From the sequence record LC768462.1: a stretch of DNA of 64,000 nt; one strand, given 5' to 3'. The stretch is from Escherichia phage phiEc_1. Positions 1 to 8,624 of this stretch are shown one piece after another (positions within the stretch are counted from its first letter, which is position 1; every line of letters starts with the position of its first letter). The notes under the pieces are model-generated. The model saw nothing but the letters and a program-made list of their open reading frames with translations. It was not told where the DNA came from and made no database searches. Both the position numbers and the translations under genes were made by a program.

Positions 1-1
1 G

Positions 2-226
2 CATAATTACGGTGGCGTTACGTTATCCTTTGATGAATCAGCCGACGTTGGCTATTTGTCTTTTCTTTCCAAAGGTGAGATACAAAATATACGCTTTCCT
101 ATTGTCTGTTTAGTGCAAGATTATATAACCGTTGGGAAGTATTTAGCCCAACGCGGGATTCTCCTGTCGCTGGAAGAAGTGGAACAGATTAGCGTAGCAT
201 TTTTTGGTGAGGATAGCAACCAATGA
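2..226 (+). CDS. hypothetical protein, 3' fragment (5' end upstream of window)
   Basis: Open frame from window edge to TGA 224-226; stop overlaps next ATG (ATGA). Confidence 0.3.
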   Translation, partial: HNYGGVTLSFDESADVGYLSFLSKGEIQNIRFPIVCLVQDYITVGKYLAQRGILLSLEEVEQISVAFFGEDSNQ

Positions 227-309
227 TTCATGATTATTTTTGGCGTTGCTTGTTCGTTGTTACAGTGGCGTTATTCGTCGCTGATATGCTTTATTCTTAC
301 ATTCTCTAA
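223..309 (+). CDS. small hydrophobic peptide (28 aa)
   Basis: ATG overlapping upstream stop, GAGG 10 nt upstream, hydrophobic product; short, so uncertain. Confidence 0.25.
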   Translation: MIHDYFWRCLFVVTVALFVADMLYSYIL

Positions 310-325
310 CTAAAGGTTTATTATC

Positions 326-691
326 ATGGGTGTTATCAAGTTTGTAGTGAAAGTATTTGTAGGCTTCTTTCTGGTTGTTCTCCTGTTAGGTGTCCTGCTG
401 TCATCTATGGGTAGCGTTAAGGCTGCAACATTTTCCCCTGATACGGTTGACGGTTTACAGTGCACCTATTTGATAGAAAACTATGAAACTGGTAAAAAGT
501 CACCTAAAGTTATTATTTTACATGTGAATGATTTCGAACATGTACAATCATACGATAAAACTATTCAACTGGTAAATGAAACTACCGGTAAACAAATTAC
601 GGTGGATCACTTGATGCGCTCATCGTTGACGCTCTTTGATGAGTCCATGAATGAAATGGCATCCGGTAACGGTCAATGTGTAAATCCATAG
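326..691 (+). CDS. secreted/periplasmic protein, unknown function
   Basis: ORF track; N-terminal hydrophobic signal-peptide-like segment ending SVKA. Confidence 0.55.
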   Translation: MGVIKFVVKVFVGFFLVVLLLGVLLSSMGSVKAATFSPDTVDGLQCTYLIENYETGKKSPKVIILHVNDFEHVQSYDKTIQLVNETTGKQITVDHLMRSSLTLFDESMNEMASGNGQCVNP

Positions 692-766
692 GCTTAATCT
701 TTCTCCTGTATTGTGCCGTAGTCATGCCTATGGTCATAATTTATCTGATTCTCTAATCCTTCCTGT

Positions 767-794
767 AAGCCTCCTAGTGAGGCTTTTCTCTTTT
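767..794 (+). terminator. rho-independent terminator
   Basis: Stem AAGCCTC / GAGGCTT with 5-nt loop then TTCTCTTTT. Confidence 0.6.
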
Positions 795-950
795 ATGAGG
801 TGATTGTATGCCTTACTCCCTTTTAGCTCGTTGTGATGCGTTTTAGGCCGCTAAATATCGCTTTACAAGCCGTTTTCTATGATGTATCGCGTGCGCCTGC
901 TCTTTTACCTTCCTATAGTGAAAAAGTTTAAAATAATTTGCTTTACCCTA

Positions 951-978
951 TTGCAACCTCATCTGATTAGCGTATACT
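951..978 (+). promoter_or_regulatory. sigma70-type promoter (TTGCAA-N16-TATACT)
   Basis: Hexamers and spacing read directly. Confidence 0.5.
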
Positions 979-1025
979 TCATTTCATCGGGTACGATGTA
1001 AAACATACAAGGCAAGAAATTGCCC

Positions 1026-1039
1026 CGCTCTTTAAAAAT
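1026..1039 (+). promoter_or_regulatory. boxA-like antitermination element
   Basis: CGCTCTTTAAAAAT; matches rrn boxA GCTCTTTAACAA and lambda nutL boxA CGCTCTTAAAAA. Confidence 0.55.
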
Positions 1040-1075
1040 CAGGCTAGAAAGTGAAAATATTCTCAAAAAAGAGTA

Positions 1076-1104
1076 TTGACACCGGAAAAAGCCTGATATA
1101 TAGT
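1076..1104 (+). promoter_or_regulatory. strong sigma70-type promoter (TTGACA-N17-TATAGT)
   Basis: Consensus -35, 17-bp spacer, near-consensus -10. Confidence 0.7.
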
Positions 1105-1134
1105 GAGCATAGTCAGCGATGACTTAAAAAATCC

Positions 1135-1148
1135 CGCTCTTTAAAAAT
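1135..1148 (+). promoter_or_regulatory. boxA-like antitermination element
   Basis: CGCTCTTTAAAAAT, about 25 nt downstream of predicted start site of promoter 1076-1104. Confidence 0.55.
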
Positions 1149-1406
1149 ATGATTTGTCTTACGGGTGGCGGCGACGTCATTACTATAAGGCGCTCAGTTA
1201 ATTGGTAGAATTGATTCCTGATTCATACGTGACGCAGGCGGACAATAAGCAATATCAATAAGCCTTATTTGTTCGATACTTTCAAAAGATTAATGCTTGA
1301 AAGCGCACTAGATTCCCTGAAAGACAAATCAGACTTATCATCTTGCCCTTTCGCATAGATTCACGCGAGATAAGGGAAAGGAATTAAAAGAAGATGATAA
1401 AAAGAG

Positions 1407-1435
1407 TTGCAAACGTGGTTAAAGTAGTCCATACT
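1407..1435 (+). promoter_or_regulatory. sigma70-type promoter (TTGCAA-N17-CATACT), weaker
   Basis: Hexamers and spacing read directly. Confidence 0.35.
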
Positions 1436-1594
1436 AACCACAAGTTAGCAAAACATCGCTAACTAGTTCCCAAATCAACGTATCGCGGGAAAGGTGGCAC
1501 ATAGTGCAGCGATTAGTTCAGGTGTAGGCGGCCTGTTAATGAATCAGTAAGCCTTCAATGTGACAGTGATTAGCAGACACTTTAAAAGGCTAAA

Positions 1595-1608
1595 CGCTCT
1601 TTAACAAT
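1595..1608 (+). promoter_or_regulatory. boxA-like antitermination element
   Basis: CGCTCTTTAACAAT; 12/12 match to rrn boxA core GCTCTTTAACAA. Confidence 0.6.
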
Positions 1609-1708
1609 ATGAGTCATAAGTTAAGCCTCACCGCTTAATCTTCAATCAAATAAAGCTGATTGATATATCCTCCCAATAGCGGGAACGACGAAAAAGATTA
1701 AAAAGCGG

Positions 1709-1737
1709 TTGACAGCGAAAACAACATGATTCATAAT
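1709..1737 (+). promoter_or_regulatory. strong sigma70-type promoter (TTGACA-N17-CATAAT)
   Basis: Consensus -35, 17-bp spacer, 5/6 -10. Confidence 0.65.
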
Positions 1738-1827
1738 GAGCACTCACTAAGCAAATCATCGCTTCAGTGAAAAGCGTAACAACGGCTAACAGTTGCATAG
1801 TGTGAGAAAGCACACTGATAGATTTAC

Positions 1828-1841
1828 CGCTCTTTAATAAT
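1828..1841 (+). promoter_or_regulatory. boxA-like antitermination element
   Basis: CGCTCTTTAATAAT. Confidence 0.5.
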
Positions 1842-2660
1842 TTAAACATTCTCCTATATCGGTTGAATATGCTTGATGATAATAACCATCGGAAAGCATA
1901 CCAGATAAAACGGCGTAAAACTCCCTAAATTATCAGGGTAAACAGTTTTACATTCCCTTACTGGAAACGTCACCATTGATAAACGGATTCATTGAGTACA
2001 CGCAAAGACTTGAGCTAATCGCCCACGGTTAAGGGTAGCGGCGGTCATTGCTAACACGGTGCTACAGTGAAAGAAGTTAATCAGGGTAGGCAATCCCGAC
2101 GAATTAACGCTCAATTGAGAGCGGCGGGGAGTGGTTAAAAAGTGGCAAATTGCTATTTAACAATAAGGTTTAGTGTGAACGTTTACAATGTGAACGGCTT
2201 GAGATTCATCTTATGATGAAAGTACATAGTCGGTTTATGTAGTAAACTTGCCGAAAGATATAAAACGTCGGAACATTAGACGGTCAATGACTCTTTCGCA
2301 ATAGTATCCCGTAGTGGGCGATGACTAGCGATTGAGAGTTGATATAAAAGGATAGGCGAGAGCGAAAGCAAAGTAAACGATATTGCCGACGGTTACAATA
2401 ACGTAACTAATTAGAGTCGGACGCACTGCCTTATTGTGATGATTGATCATCGCTATCAGGTCGGCTTCGTTTATAGCGACTAATTAAAGATACCAGATGA
2501 AACATCACGGATAAGGGGGCGGCAAGGTTAACTCCTGATAAGACCGCCCCGCTTACCTATAACTACTTAACAACGAGTGGTTATAGTTAAGTTAATAGTG
2601 ACTTAAACAAGCTCATAGAGAGCGGGGCAATAGCGCCCTTACAATTGAAAGGTGAATATT

Positions 2661-3560
2661 ATGGCTAAAATCTTTACTCTGGTTAACGAATCCGGTTTTA
2701 ATGCTCTGGCTAACAACATTCGCAGTAATAACGCGGCGATCAAACAAGATGTTTCTAACTTCCTGTTAGGTCATTTGCAGCACTTTCGTAGCAACGGTAA
2801 GAAGTTAGATGTATTGCAGGCGGCGGTTGACTTCCTGTTAACCGAACGTTTCCGCGATATGGATGTTATTGCCACCGCGATTACTTTCTTAACTCCTATC
2901 AAGTTTAACACCGATGCGGCAAATGGTCGTAAAAAGTGGATTAATCTGGAAGGTGAGGCGAAAGCTAAAGAAGATGCGAAAGAAGCGCAAATTAAGGCCA
3001 AAATGGAACAAAACCGCGCTCGCTGGTCAAACGCTTTCGAAAACTTTGCATTAGGTCGTGCAATTGAAGTGGATAATCCTAACTTCTACAAAGGTTGCAA
3101 TGACAACGTGGCGGCACACCTGCAAATTCCGGCGAAAAACAAGGAAGATTTTAATCAGGATATTTACGCTTTGGTTGAACGCTTGAATGCAATCCGTATT
3201 GAAGCCAAATTACTGGCTGATGAGCGCAACGGCGCAACCAGCGATAACACTATCGCCCTGAGTGAAGAAGTTGGGAAGGTTAAAAAGTCCTTTGATTCAC
3301 TCATCAAGAAAATCACGGCCTCGACGGTAGCGATCTCGGATGATTATCTGATGAACGCATCAAGCAAGGAATTAGAATCACTCGATTCATACGCTGATGA
3401 AATGGAAAAGACTGTTGCAGCTATGCAGGAGAAGTTAGAAAGTCTGCGCGGTCGTATCTCTTCAACGGTTGCTACCCGTAGCGAACAAGCGGCGAAAGCA
3501 GAAGAGGAAGAAGTATTGCGTAAAGCGGCTGAAATTATGGCGGCACGTCAAGCGGCATAA
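2661..3560 (+). CDS. early protein, unknown function (first gene after leader)
   Basis: ORF track frame; ATG 2661 with AAAGGTG 7 nt upstream; helical, Lys/Glu/Ala-rich C-terminus. Confidence 0.7.
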   Translation: MAKIFTLVNESGFNALANNIRSNNAAIKQDVSNFLLGHLQHFRSNGKKLDVLQAAVDFLLTERFRDMDVIATAITFLTPIKFNTDAANGRKKWINLEGEAKAKEDAKEAQIKAKMEQNRARWSNAFENFALGRAIEVDNPNFYKGCNDNVAAHLQIPAKNKEDFNQDIYALVERLNAIRIEAKLLADERNGATSDNTIALSEEVGKVKKSFDSLIKKITASTVAISDDYLMNASSKELESLDSYADEMEKTVAAMQEKLESLRGRISSTVATRSEQAAKAEEEEVLRKAAEIMAARQAA

Positions 3561-3582
3561 GTAAGACAATTTAAATAAACAT

Positions 3583-3619
3583 AAGGCGCTATCTTAACGG
3601 GTAGCGCCTTTTCTTTTAT
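3583..3619 (+). terminator. rho-independent terminator
   Basis: Stem AAGGCGCTA / TAGCGCCTT then TTCTTTTAT. Confidence 0.65.
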
Positions 3620-3671
3620 CAGTGCATTGATTCAGTGCATTAATCAAAGAATCTAATTAAAGGTGACGATC

Positions 3672-3890
3672 ATGTTAATTACACATACCACGATCTATAG
3701 GAATCTTGTCAACGGTCAACATTACCGACTATCTAAAAAGTATGGCGTTGAATGTAAATGTGTTATTACCGGTGAATGGTATCCGTCGCCAATGAAGATT
3801 GAAACGTTGGAACGTGAAGCGATCAGCTATATTATCACGCAAGAAACAACGTTAGGTCGTATCTTAAGAAAGTTGGGATTGAGAAAATGA
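3672..3890 (+). CDS. small early protein
   Basis: ORF track frame; ATG 3672 with AAGG 9 nt upstream. Confidence 0.5.
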   Translation: MLITHTTIYRNLVNGQHYRLSKKYGVECKCVITGEWYPSPMKIETLEREAISYIITQETTLGRILRKLGLRK

Positions 3891-4111
3891 TATTCAGTAG
3901 CAATTTTGGCAAGTGTCCTATTTGTGAGAAACATCGCAGCACGGGAAACCATCGCAAATGTAGTAAGATATTACAGCGCCAACGTGATAACAAACATTGG
4001 GATACTGTACACACTAACCAGCGTAAAGAAGAAGTTAGGAAAATGGCTGTTAAAGCGTCATTTGCTCAATCCACCCGTATTGAACACATTCAAAGGTATC
4101 AAGCATTATGA
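3887..4111 (+). CDS. small early protein with CxxC-x-H zinc-finger-like motif
   Basis: ATGA overlap with upstream stop and with downstream start; CPICEKH motif. Confidence 0.5.
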   Translation: MIFSSNFGKCPICEKHRSTGNHRKCSKILQRQRDNKHWDTVHTNQRKEEVRKMAVKASFAQSTRIEHIQRYQAL

Positions 4112-4317
4112 TCACTAACATTTCAGAATTTAAGAAAGCACCTTCCCGCTTGTTAGGCCGTCGTGTTGTATATCTTTACAGCAATAAAGGTAAATGTACA
4201 ACTGGACGAATTACAACGGTGAGTAGTGCTAACAAGAAACTGTTAAAGTTATGCGTAGCTATGGATGACGGTACAATCCTGCTACGCAGTTGGAAATCGT
4301 TTAGTTTACTAGATTAA
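4108..4317 (+). CDS. small early protein
   Basis: ORF track; ATGA start/stop overlap. Confidence 0.5.
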   Translation: MITNISEFKKAPSRLLGRRVVYLYSNKGKCTTGRITTVSSANKKLLKLCVAMDDGTILLRSWKSFSLLD

Positions 4318-4386
4318 GTTATTTGTTCAAGCCTATCGCCTTGATGGGCTTGCCCGATATAACTTATCACTGAAAGGAATAAGATT

Positions 4387-4830
4387 GTGGCTAAATCTAA
4401 AATCAGCATGAAGGGCGGGCGTTGTTTTGCTATCTCTGAACTAGAGAAAGAGAAACCGAAGGCAACTAATCACGTTAGTAAGCGTAGTTTAAAACGTCGT
4501 GCTGCAAAGGCTGAGGCTGAATCCCATGTTCCTTCCAGTGTGGCAAAGCGTGTAGGCCATCGTGTCCATCGGGCTGATGCGTTGTTGTTGGCTGATCATA
4601 AACGTTCTTTGTTAAAGAGCGGGGGAGCTAAAACAGAAGAGGAGAAGAAGTTAGAAATCTTCTGTAATGGTCGCACCCGTGGTAAACAGAAGTTTAAAGG
4701 TAGCACGAAAGACCCGCAGGCTTTCCCTAAGACAAGCCAGTGTGCACCTGATGTTTTCTACGCAGATAGTAAACACAAGTGGGGCGTTGAAAAATACATT
4801 GACCCCATCAAAGAGGCAAGGGTTAAGTAG
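4387..4830 (+). CDS. basic protein, possibly nucleic-acid binding
   Basis: ORF track; GTG start with AAGGA 8 nt upstream; Lys/Arg-rich. Confidence 0.55.
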   Translation: MAKSKISMKGGRCFAISELEKEKPKATNHVSKRSLKRRAAKAEAESHVPSSVAKRVGHRVHRADALLLADHKRSLLKSGGAKTEEEKKLEIFCNGRTRGKQKFKGSTKDPQAFPKTSQCAPDVFYADSKHKWGVEKYIDPIKEARVK

Positions 4831-4900
4831 TAGGAATATAGCCCCCTCTTTTAGTACTATGACGCTCTTTCTGTAGCGTCGTGCCCTCTCCCCATTTGAA

Positions 4901-4927
4901 GCTTCCGCATAGCCGCCTTTGAGCGGC
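4901..4927 (+). terminator. rho-independent terminator
   Basis: Stem AGCCGC / GCGGCT then TTTTGCGTT. Confidence 0.5.
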
Positions 4928-5047
4928 TTTTTGCGTTGCTGTAAGTGCATTTGCGAGTGTATTTATAGCAACGGTCATGTGTTGCTTTCAGGTTTGCCCC
5001 GGCTACGGCTGGGGCTTTTTTATGTCTACTGTATAGGAATCTATGAA

Positions 5048-5782
5048 ATGAAAGCAATTGTATTATCCTCAATCCTAGCTCTGTCCGTAATGGCATCGCC
5101 TGTTTTTGCTAAAAGTGGAAACAATGGCAATGGCAATGGAGGTTGTGGTGTAGGTCAATCTACCAATGGTTGCGGTATCGGAGATTGGTTTAAAGGTGAA
5201 AAAGGTGATCAGGGAGAGAAAGGCGACACTGGCGCTAATGGCATTGATGGTAAAGATGGCATTGATGGTAAAGATGGCATTGATGGTAAAGATGGCATTG
5301 ATGGTAAAGATGGCATTGATGGAGAACAAGGCGCTCAAGGTGAAAAAGGTGATTCTGGTGCAGATGGTAAGAAAGGCGAAACTGGCCTAACTGGTGCAGC
5401 AGGTTTGAATGGCGTTGACGGATTAAATGGCAAAAACGGTAAAGATGCAGATATGTCTGCCGTTAATGCTAACGCCAAATCCATCAAAGCTCTGGAACAA
5501 TCCACCAATAAACGTTTTGCTTCTTTGCAAAAACAAGTAGACCGTAACCGTGATCATGCCTCTGCTGGTATTTCTGGCGTGGCTGCAATGGCTAACATCC
5601 CGCAAGTAAGTCAAGGATCTGCTTTCTCTGTTGGTGCTGGGGTAGGTGCTTACGATGGTGAATCTGCTCTTGCTATTGGTGTTAGTGCTCGTTTCAATGA
5701 AAACTTAGTAACTAAAGCATCAGTGGCAATGACTTCAGAGAGTGACGCTGTTCTGGGCGCTGGTGTAAGTTACGAGTGGTAA
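5048..5782 (+). CDS. trimeric-autotransporter-like protein: signal peptide, collagen-like Gly-X-Y stalk, YadA-type C-terminal anchor
   Basis: Signal peptide MKAIVLSSILALSVMASPVFA; ~30 Gly-X-Y triplets; C-terminus ...GISGVAAMANIPQV...LAIGVSARFNENLVTKASVA...GAGVSYEW matches YadA anchor pattern. Confidence 0.7.
   Translation: MKAIVLSSILALSVMASPVFAKSGNNGNGNGGCGVGQSTNGCGIGDWFKGEKGDQGEKGDTGANGIDGKDGIDGKDGIDGKDGIDGKDGIDGEQGAQGEKGDSGADGKKGETGLTGAAGLNGVDGLNGKNGKDADMSAVNANAKSIKALEQSTNKRFASLQKQVDRNRDHASAGISGVAAMANIPQVSQGSAFSVGAGVGAYDGESALAIGVSARFNENLVTKASVAMTSESDAVLGAGVSYEW
5240..5323 (+). repeat. perfect 18-bp tandem repeat (GGCATTGATGGTAAAGAT, about 4.6 copies) encoding GIDGKD
   Basis: Identical copies at 5240, 5258, 5276, 5294 plus a partial copy. 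Confidence 0.9.
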
Positions 5783-5789
5783 GATAGTG

Positions 5790-5816
5790 CCTCTCCCGAA
5801 AGGGAGGGGTGTTTCT
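5790..5816 (+). terminator. rho-independent terminator
   Basis: Stem CCTCTCCC / GGGAGGGG, GAAA loop, T-rich tail. Confidence 0.55.
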
Positions 5817-5892
5817 ATAAGCATCTTTTCGAGGGTGTTTATTGAAACAACAAAACAGGAGGTAGCAAGTTCTGATAACAACGGCACAGCTA

Positions 5893-6282
5893 ATGTTGAC
5901 ATTGACTATTTATTATGAGGCAGGGAATCAGCCAACCGCATGTAAGGCTTTAGTTGCGGATACCGTGATAAATAGAATGGCCCAACGAAAACTGACCGCT
6001 GAACAGGTGATAAGACAGAAGAACCAGTTTGAGTGGATTCCGGTACTATTAAAACAGGAGAAACCTTATAAACGTTATGTAAAGCTGATTCGTGATAAAA
6101 ATCCGATGACTAAGCAAGCCATTGGAGAAAGCGAGCGACTTGCTAAACGTGCCCTTAAGAAGAATTATGTTCCGCTGTACAGTGGGACTTACTTTCAGAG
6201 TAAGAGCGAAGGGGTGCCAAAATGGTATGCCAATCCTATGTATTGTGGTGATTTAGTGTTCGATAATAGCTCTAGGGAATAA
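5893..6282 (+). CDS. SleB/CwlJ-like cell-wall hydrolase domain protein
   Basis: TIYYEAGNQP...VADTVINRM...QFEW resembles Hydrolase_2 motifs; start uncertain (see findings). Confidence 0.5.
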   Translation: MLTLTIYYEAGNQPTACKALVADTVINRMAQRKLTAEQVIRQKNQFEWIPVLLKQEKPYKRYVKLIRDKNPMTKQAIGESERLAKRALKKNYVPLYSGTYFQSKSEGVPKWYANPMYCGDLVFDNSSRE

Positions 6283-6482
6283 TCACTAGTGCCAGATTTG
6301 ACAAACTAAATTCCTTTATAAACCAACCACTTAGTAAATTTATCGAAAAAGATGGTAGTATTCTGGGACTATGGGTAATGCTCTGTATATAGACCCTTTG
6401 AAAATTTCTTAGAAAATAAGTTTACTAAATATAACTTACTTAAATAATATTACTTTTAATCTCTGATAAAGGGTAAAATGAT

Positions 6483-6779
6483 ATGACTTTAGAAGTATAT
6501 AAATTCCTTTTTGTAAGCTGTTTAACTATCAGCGTTATAGGATTTATTGTTCTCAGAAACAAAGCAGCAAGCTGGGAAAGAATGTATAAATCCCTAGTTC
6601 GAGTGGATGAGATGTATAATGAGAAAGTTAAAGTAACACTCAACGATCTTATTATGCAAGTTGAAGACAGAAATAAGCGTCTTCAGAACCTCAACCATGA
6701 AGTATTACGACTTGCTCGTGCTAATGAAGACTTACGAGTGGCTATTGCTAAGCAGCAGGAGATTAACAGTGAAAGTTAA
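6483..6779 (+). CDS. membrane-anchored coiled-coil protein
   Basis: ORF track; N-terminal TM segment then heptad-rich region. Confidence 0.5.
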   Translation: MTLEVYKFLFVSCLTISVIGFIVLRNKAASWERMYKSLVRVDEMYNEKVKVTLNDLIMQVEDRNKRLQNLNHEVLRLARANEDLRVAIAKQQEINSES

Positions 6780-7005
6780 TATTAAATCCGATCGTACAAT
6801 GCTTCGCTTAAATAACATGAAGCCGGGCGTTCTATTTGAGCGTAAAGACTCTCTTTATATTAGAACCGACACACTATACGCAGATAACTATGTGAACTGT
6901 GTTGATGTGGTAACTGGAAAGCTCATGCCTTTTAAACGGGATGAAGTCTGCCAAGTACGTAGTGATCTTCACATAACCAACATAGAGGCTAAAGATGAAG
7001 ATTGA
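6769..7005 (+). CDS. small early protein, paralog family A
   Basis: GTG 6769 with AGGAG 8 nt upstream; shares G-x-F ... N/V-x-x-G ... P pattern with seven other ORFs. Confidence 0.5.
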   Translation: MKVNIKSDRTMLRLNNMKPGVLFERKDSLYIRTDTLYADNYVNCVDVVTGKLMPFKRDEVCQVRSDLHITNIEAKDED

Positions 7006-7246
7006 TCTTGAGATGAAAGCTAAAGAATTGTGTGTGGGTGATTTGAAACTTGGTGATGTATTCCAAGTTAAGGCAACATGTATTGATTATTACATGATCG
7101 TTCAGTTATATACACCACATGTGTCAGAGACTGATCTTCGGAATGGTTGTGTAGTGCTCAGTTTAAGCACCAATCAAGTAATGAAGCTAGATTCAAACTT
7201 ACCTGTTTCAGTTATCCATGATGCAGTAATTACCAATCGGAAGTGA
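6995..7246 (+). CDS. small early protein, paralog family A
   Basis: ORF track; family pattern. Confidence 0.5.
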   Translation: MKIDLEMKAKELCVGDLKLGDVFQVKATCIDYYMIVQLYTPHVSETDLRNGCVVLSLSTNQVMKLDSNLPVSVIHDAVITNRK

Positions 7247-7461
7247 ATATGAACATTGAAAAGAAGGTTGTTGACGAGGCTGTTCAGTTACGATCTCTTG
7301 AAACACATGATGTATTTGTGTGGGGAGGCAGTCTGTTTCAGAAATCTGCTTATGCTGTAGAGGGCGGGGTTCGTTGTTTTAATATCTTCAACAATGAGAT
7401 GCAAATCCTTCCTAACTTCGCTCATGTTAATAAACTTATCCACCTTTCTATATATCAATAA
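7243..7461 (+). CDS. small early protein, paralog family A (divergent)
   Basis: ORF track; ATGA overlap. Confidence 0.45.
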   Translation: MNMNIEKKVVDEAVQLRSLETHDVFVWGGSLFQKSAYAVEGGVRCFNIFNNEMQILPNFAHVNKLIHLSIYQ

Positions 7462-7471
7462 GGGCAATTAG

Positions 7472-7690
7472 ATGGAAATTAAAGTAGTTGATTATCCTAA
7501 ATATGCAAATGCAGAGGACGTTAAAGGTGGTGATGTTTTCTCTTATGATAAACGTTTCTGGCTGATGCTAGAAGATAAAACCCCTGATGGTTTGTGTAAG
7601 GCTGCTAACTTGAGCAGTGGTTCTGTTGAAGTCTTCGGTCTATCAACCACTGTTATGCCACGACCTGATCTGTGTTTATCCCAAAAGTAA
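7472..7690 (+). CDS. small early protein, paralog family A
   Basis: ORF track; GGDVF...FW...NLSSGSV...MPRPD. Confidence 0.55.
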   Translation: MEIKVVDYPKYANAEDVKGGDVFSYDKRFWLMLEDKTPDGLCKAANLSSGSVEVFGLSTTVMPRPDLCLSQK

Positions 7691-8048
7691 CACCGACTTA
7701 TAGCCCTTGTGTTTATCAGAGGGCTATGTGAGGGTGTTCCTCATTAACTTATTAATTCAGGCATATGCCACACCGCTAGGGAGAGCTTGCTCGAACATCC
7801 GGTGTTAGACTAAAACCTGTTAATTTTCGAAAGACTTTCCGATATGTAGGGGTACGTATTGGTTTGGGATTCAGGAGACTTCCTAGGGGTAGGGAGTCTT
7901 CACCAGTTGGAATAAGAGATAGCTCTAGAACCTGAACTCTTAGGCAGAGAAGGTCGGCAATGAGTACGCGGTCAGGGTTAGTCTACTGACTAGGGCTATC
8001 CCTTATATCAACTGGCAATAATGCCTCCACTAACAAAGAGAGATAGGT

Positions 8049-8189
8049 ATGAAAGTATCAACCAAACGTATGAACCGCCCTGAACGTATGGATGCAGTAG
8101 CTAATGGTGCTCTGAAACTGGAAGGCTTTTGGATTCATGCAATGTCAGCCATCCGTAACAAGCAAGGTAATTGGACGTATAACAGTTAA
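8049..8189 (+). CDS. small protein (46 aa)
   Basis: ATG 8049 to TAA 8187-8189, immediately followed by a terminator; below ORF-track size cutoff. Confidence 0.35.
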   Translation: MKVSTKRMNRPERMDAVANGALKLEGFWIHAMSAIRNKQGNWTYNS

Positions 8190-8197
8190 TAAATAAA

Positions 8198-8227
8198 AGG
8201 CTGCCTTCGGGTGGCCTTTGTTGTTTT
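8198..8227 (+). terminator. rho-independent terminator (UUCG loop)
   Basis: AGGCTGCC-TTCG-GGTGGCCT then TTGTTGTTTT. Confidence 0.7.
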
Positions 8228-8270
8228 AATTAAGGGACAACTCTTACTTAAACTAACAAGAGGTGCTTAT

Positions 8271-8624
8271 ATGAGACGCATGGTTAAAGATTGGGTCACT
8301 AAATCAGGTCTTCGTGCTGTGATTATGCACATGAACGACTCCCATTTTTGTGGATATGTAGAGCTACCAGACAGCTTAAAACATAAAAACTTCACCGGAT
8401 ATAACGGAAAGGAAGAGGTTTGTTATGTAAGTGTTCATGGTGGTGTCACATGGCAAGACACCCTTGAAGAGATGGGTGGTTTAGATACAATCGGATTTGA
8501 TTGTGCCCATGCAGGTGATAAGACACGGTTCAACCCTAACGGGATACCAAGAACAGAAGAGTTCTGCGTTAATGAATGCGAACAATTGGCTGAACAACTA
8601 AGAGATCTAGAATCAAATGTCTAA
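8271..8624 (+). CDS. hypothetical protein
   Basis: ORF track frame; ATG 8271 with AAGAGGTG upstream (track start at 8211 lies inside terminator). Confidence 0.55.
   Translation: MRRMVKDWVTKSGLRAVIMHMNDSHFCGYVELPDSLKHKNFTGYNGKEEVCYVSVHGGVTWQDTLEEMGGLDTIGFDCAHAGDKTRFNPNGIPRTEEFCVNECEQLAEQLRDLESNV

Noticed and set aside
1192-1210. tRNA-like D-arm sequence GCTCAGTTAATTGGTAGAA in the leader
   Set aside because: No complementary D-stem, T-arm or acceptor stem could be folded.
3906-4118. Track ORF 3906..4118
   Set aside because: Alternative frame of 3887..4111, which is supported by ATGA coupling at both ends.
4919-5047. Upstream extension of the collagen-like gene (track start 4919)
   Set aside because: Extension overlaps a terminator, is Cys-rich and junk-like, and the signal peptide begins at Met 5048, which has an SD.
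5240-5323. CRISPR array (tested on this and the 63829-64000 repeat)
   Set aside because: Both are in-frame coding tandem repeats with no spacers; no cas genes present.
5075-5390. Track ORFs 5075..5338 (-) and 5166..5390 (+) with repetitive translations
   Set aside because: Alternative-frame read-through of the 18-bp tandem repeat inside the collagen-like gene.
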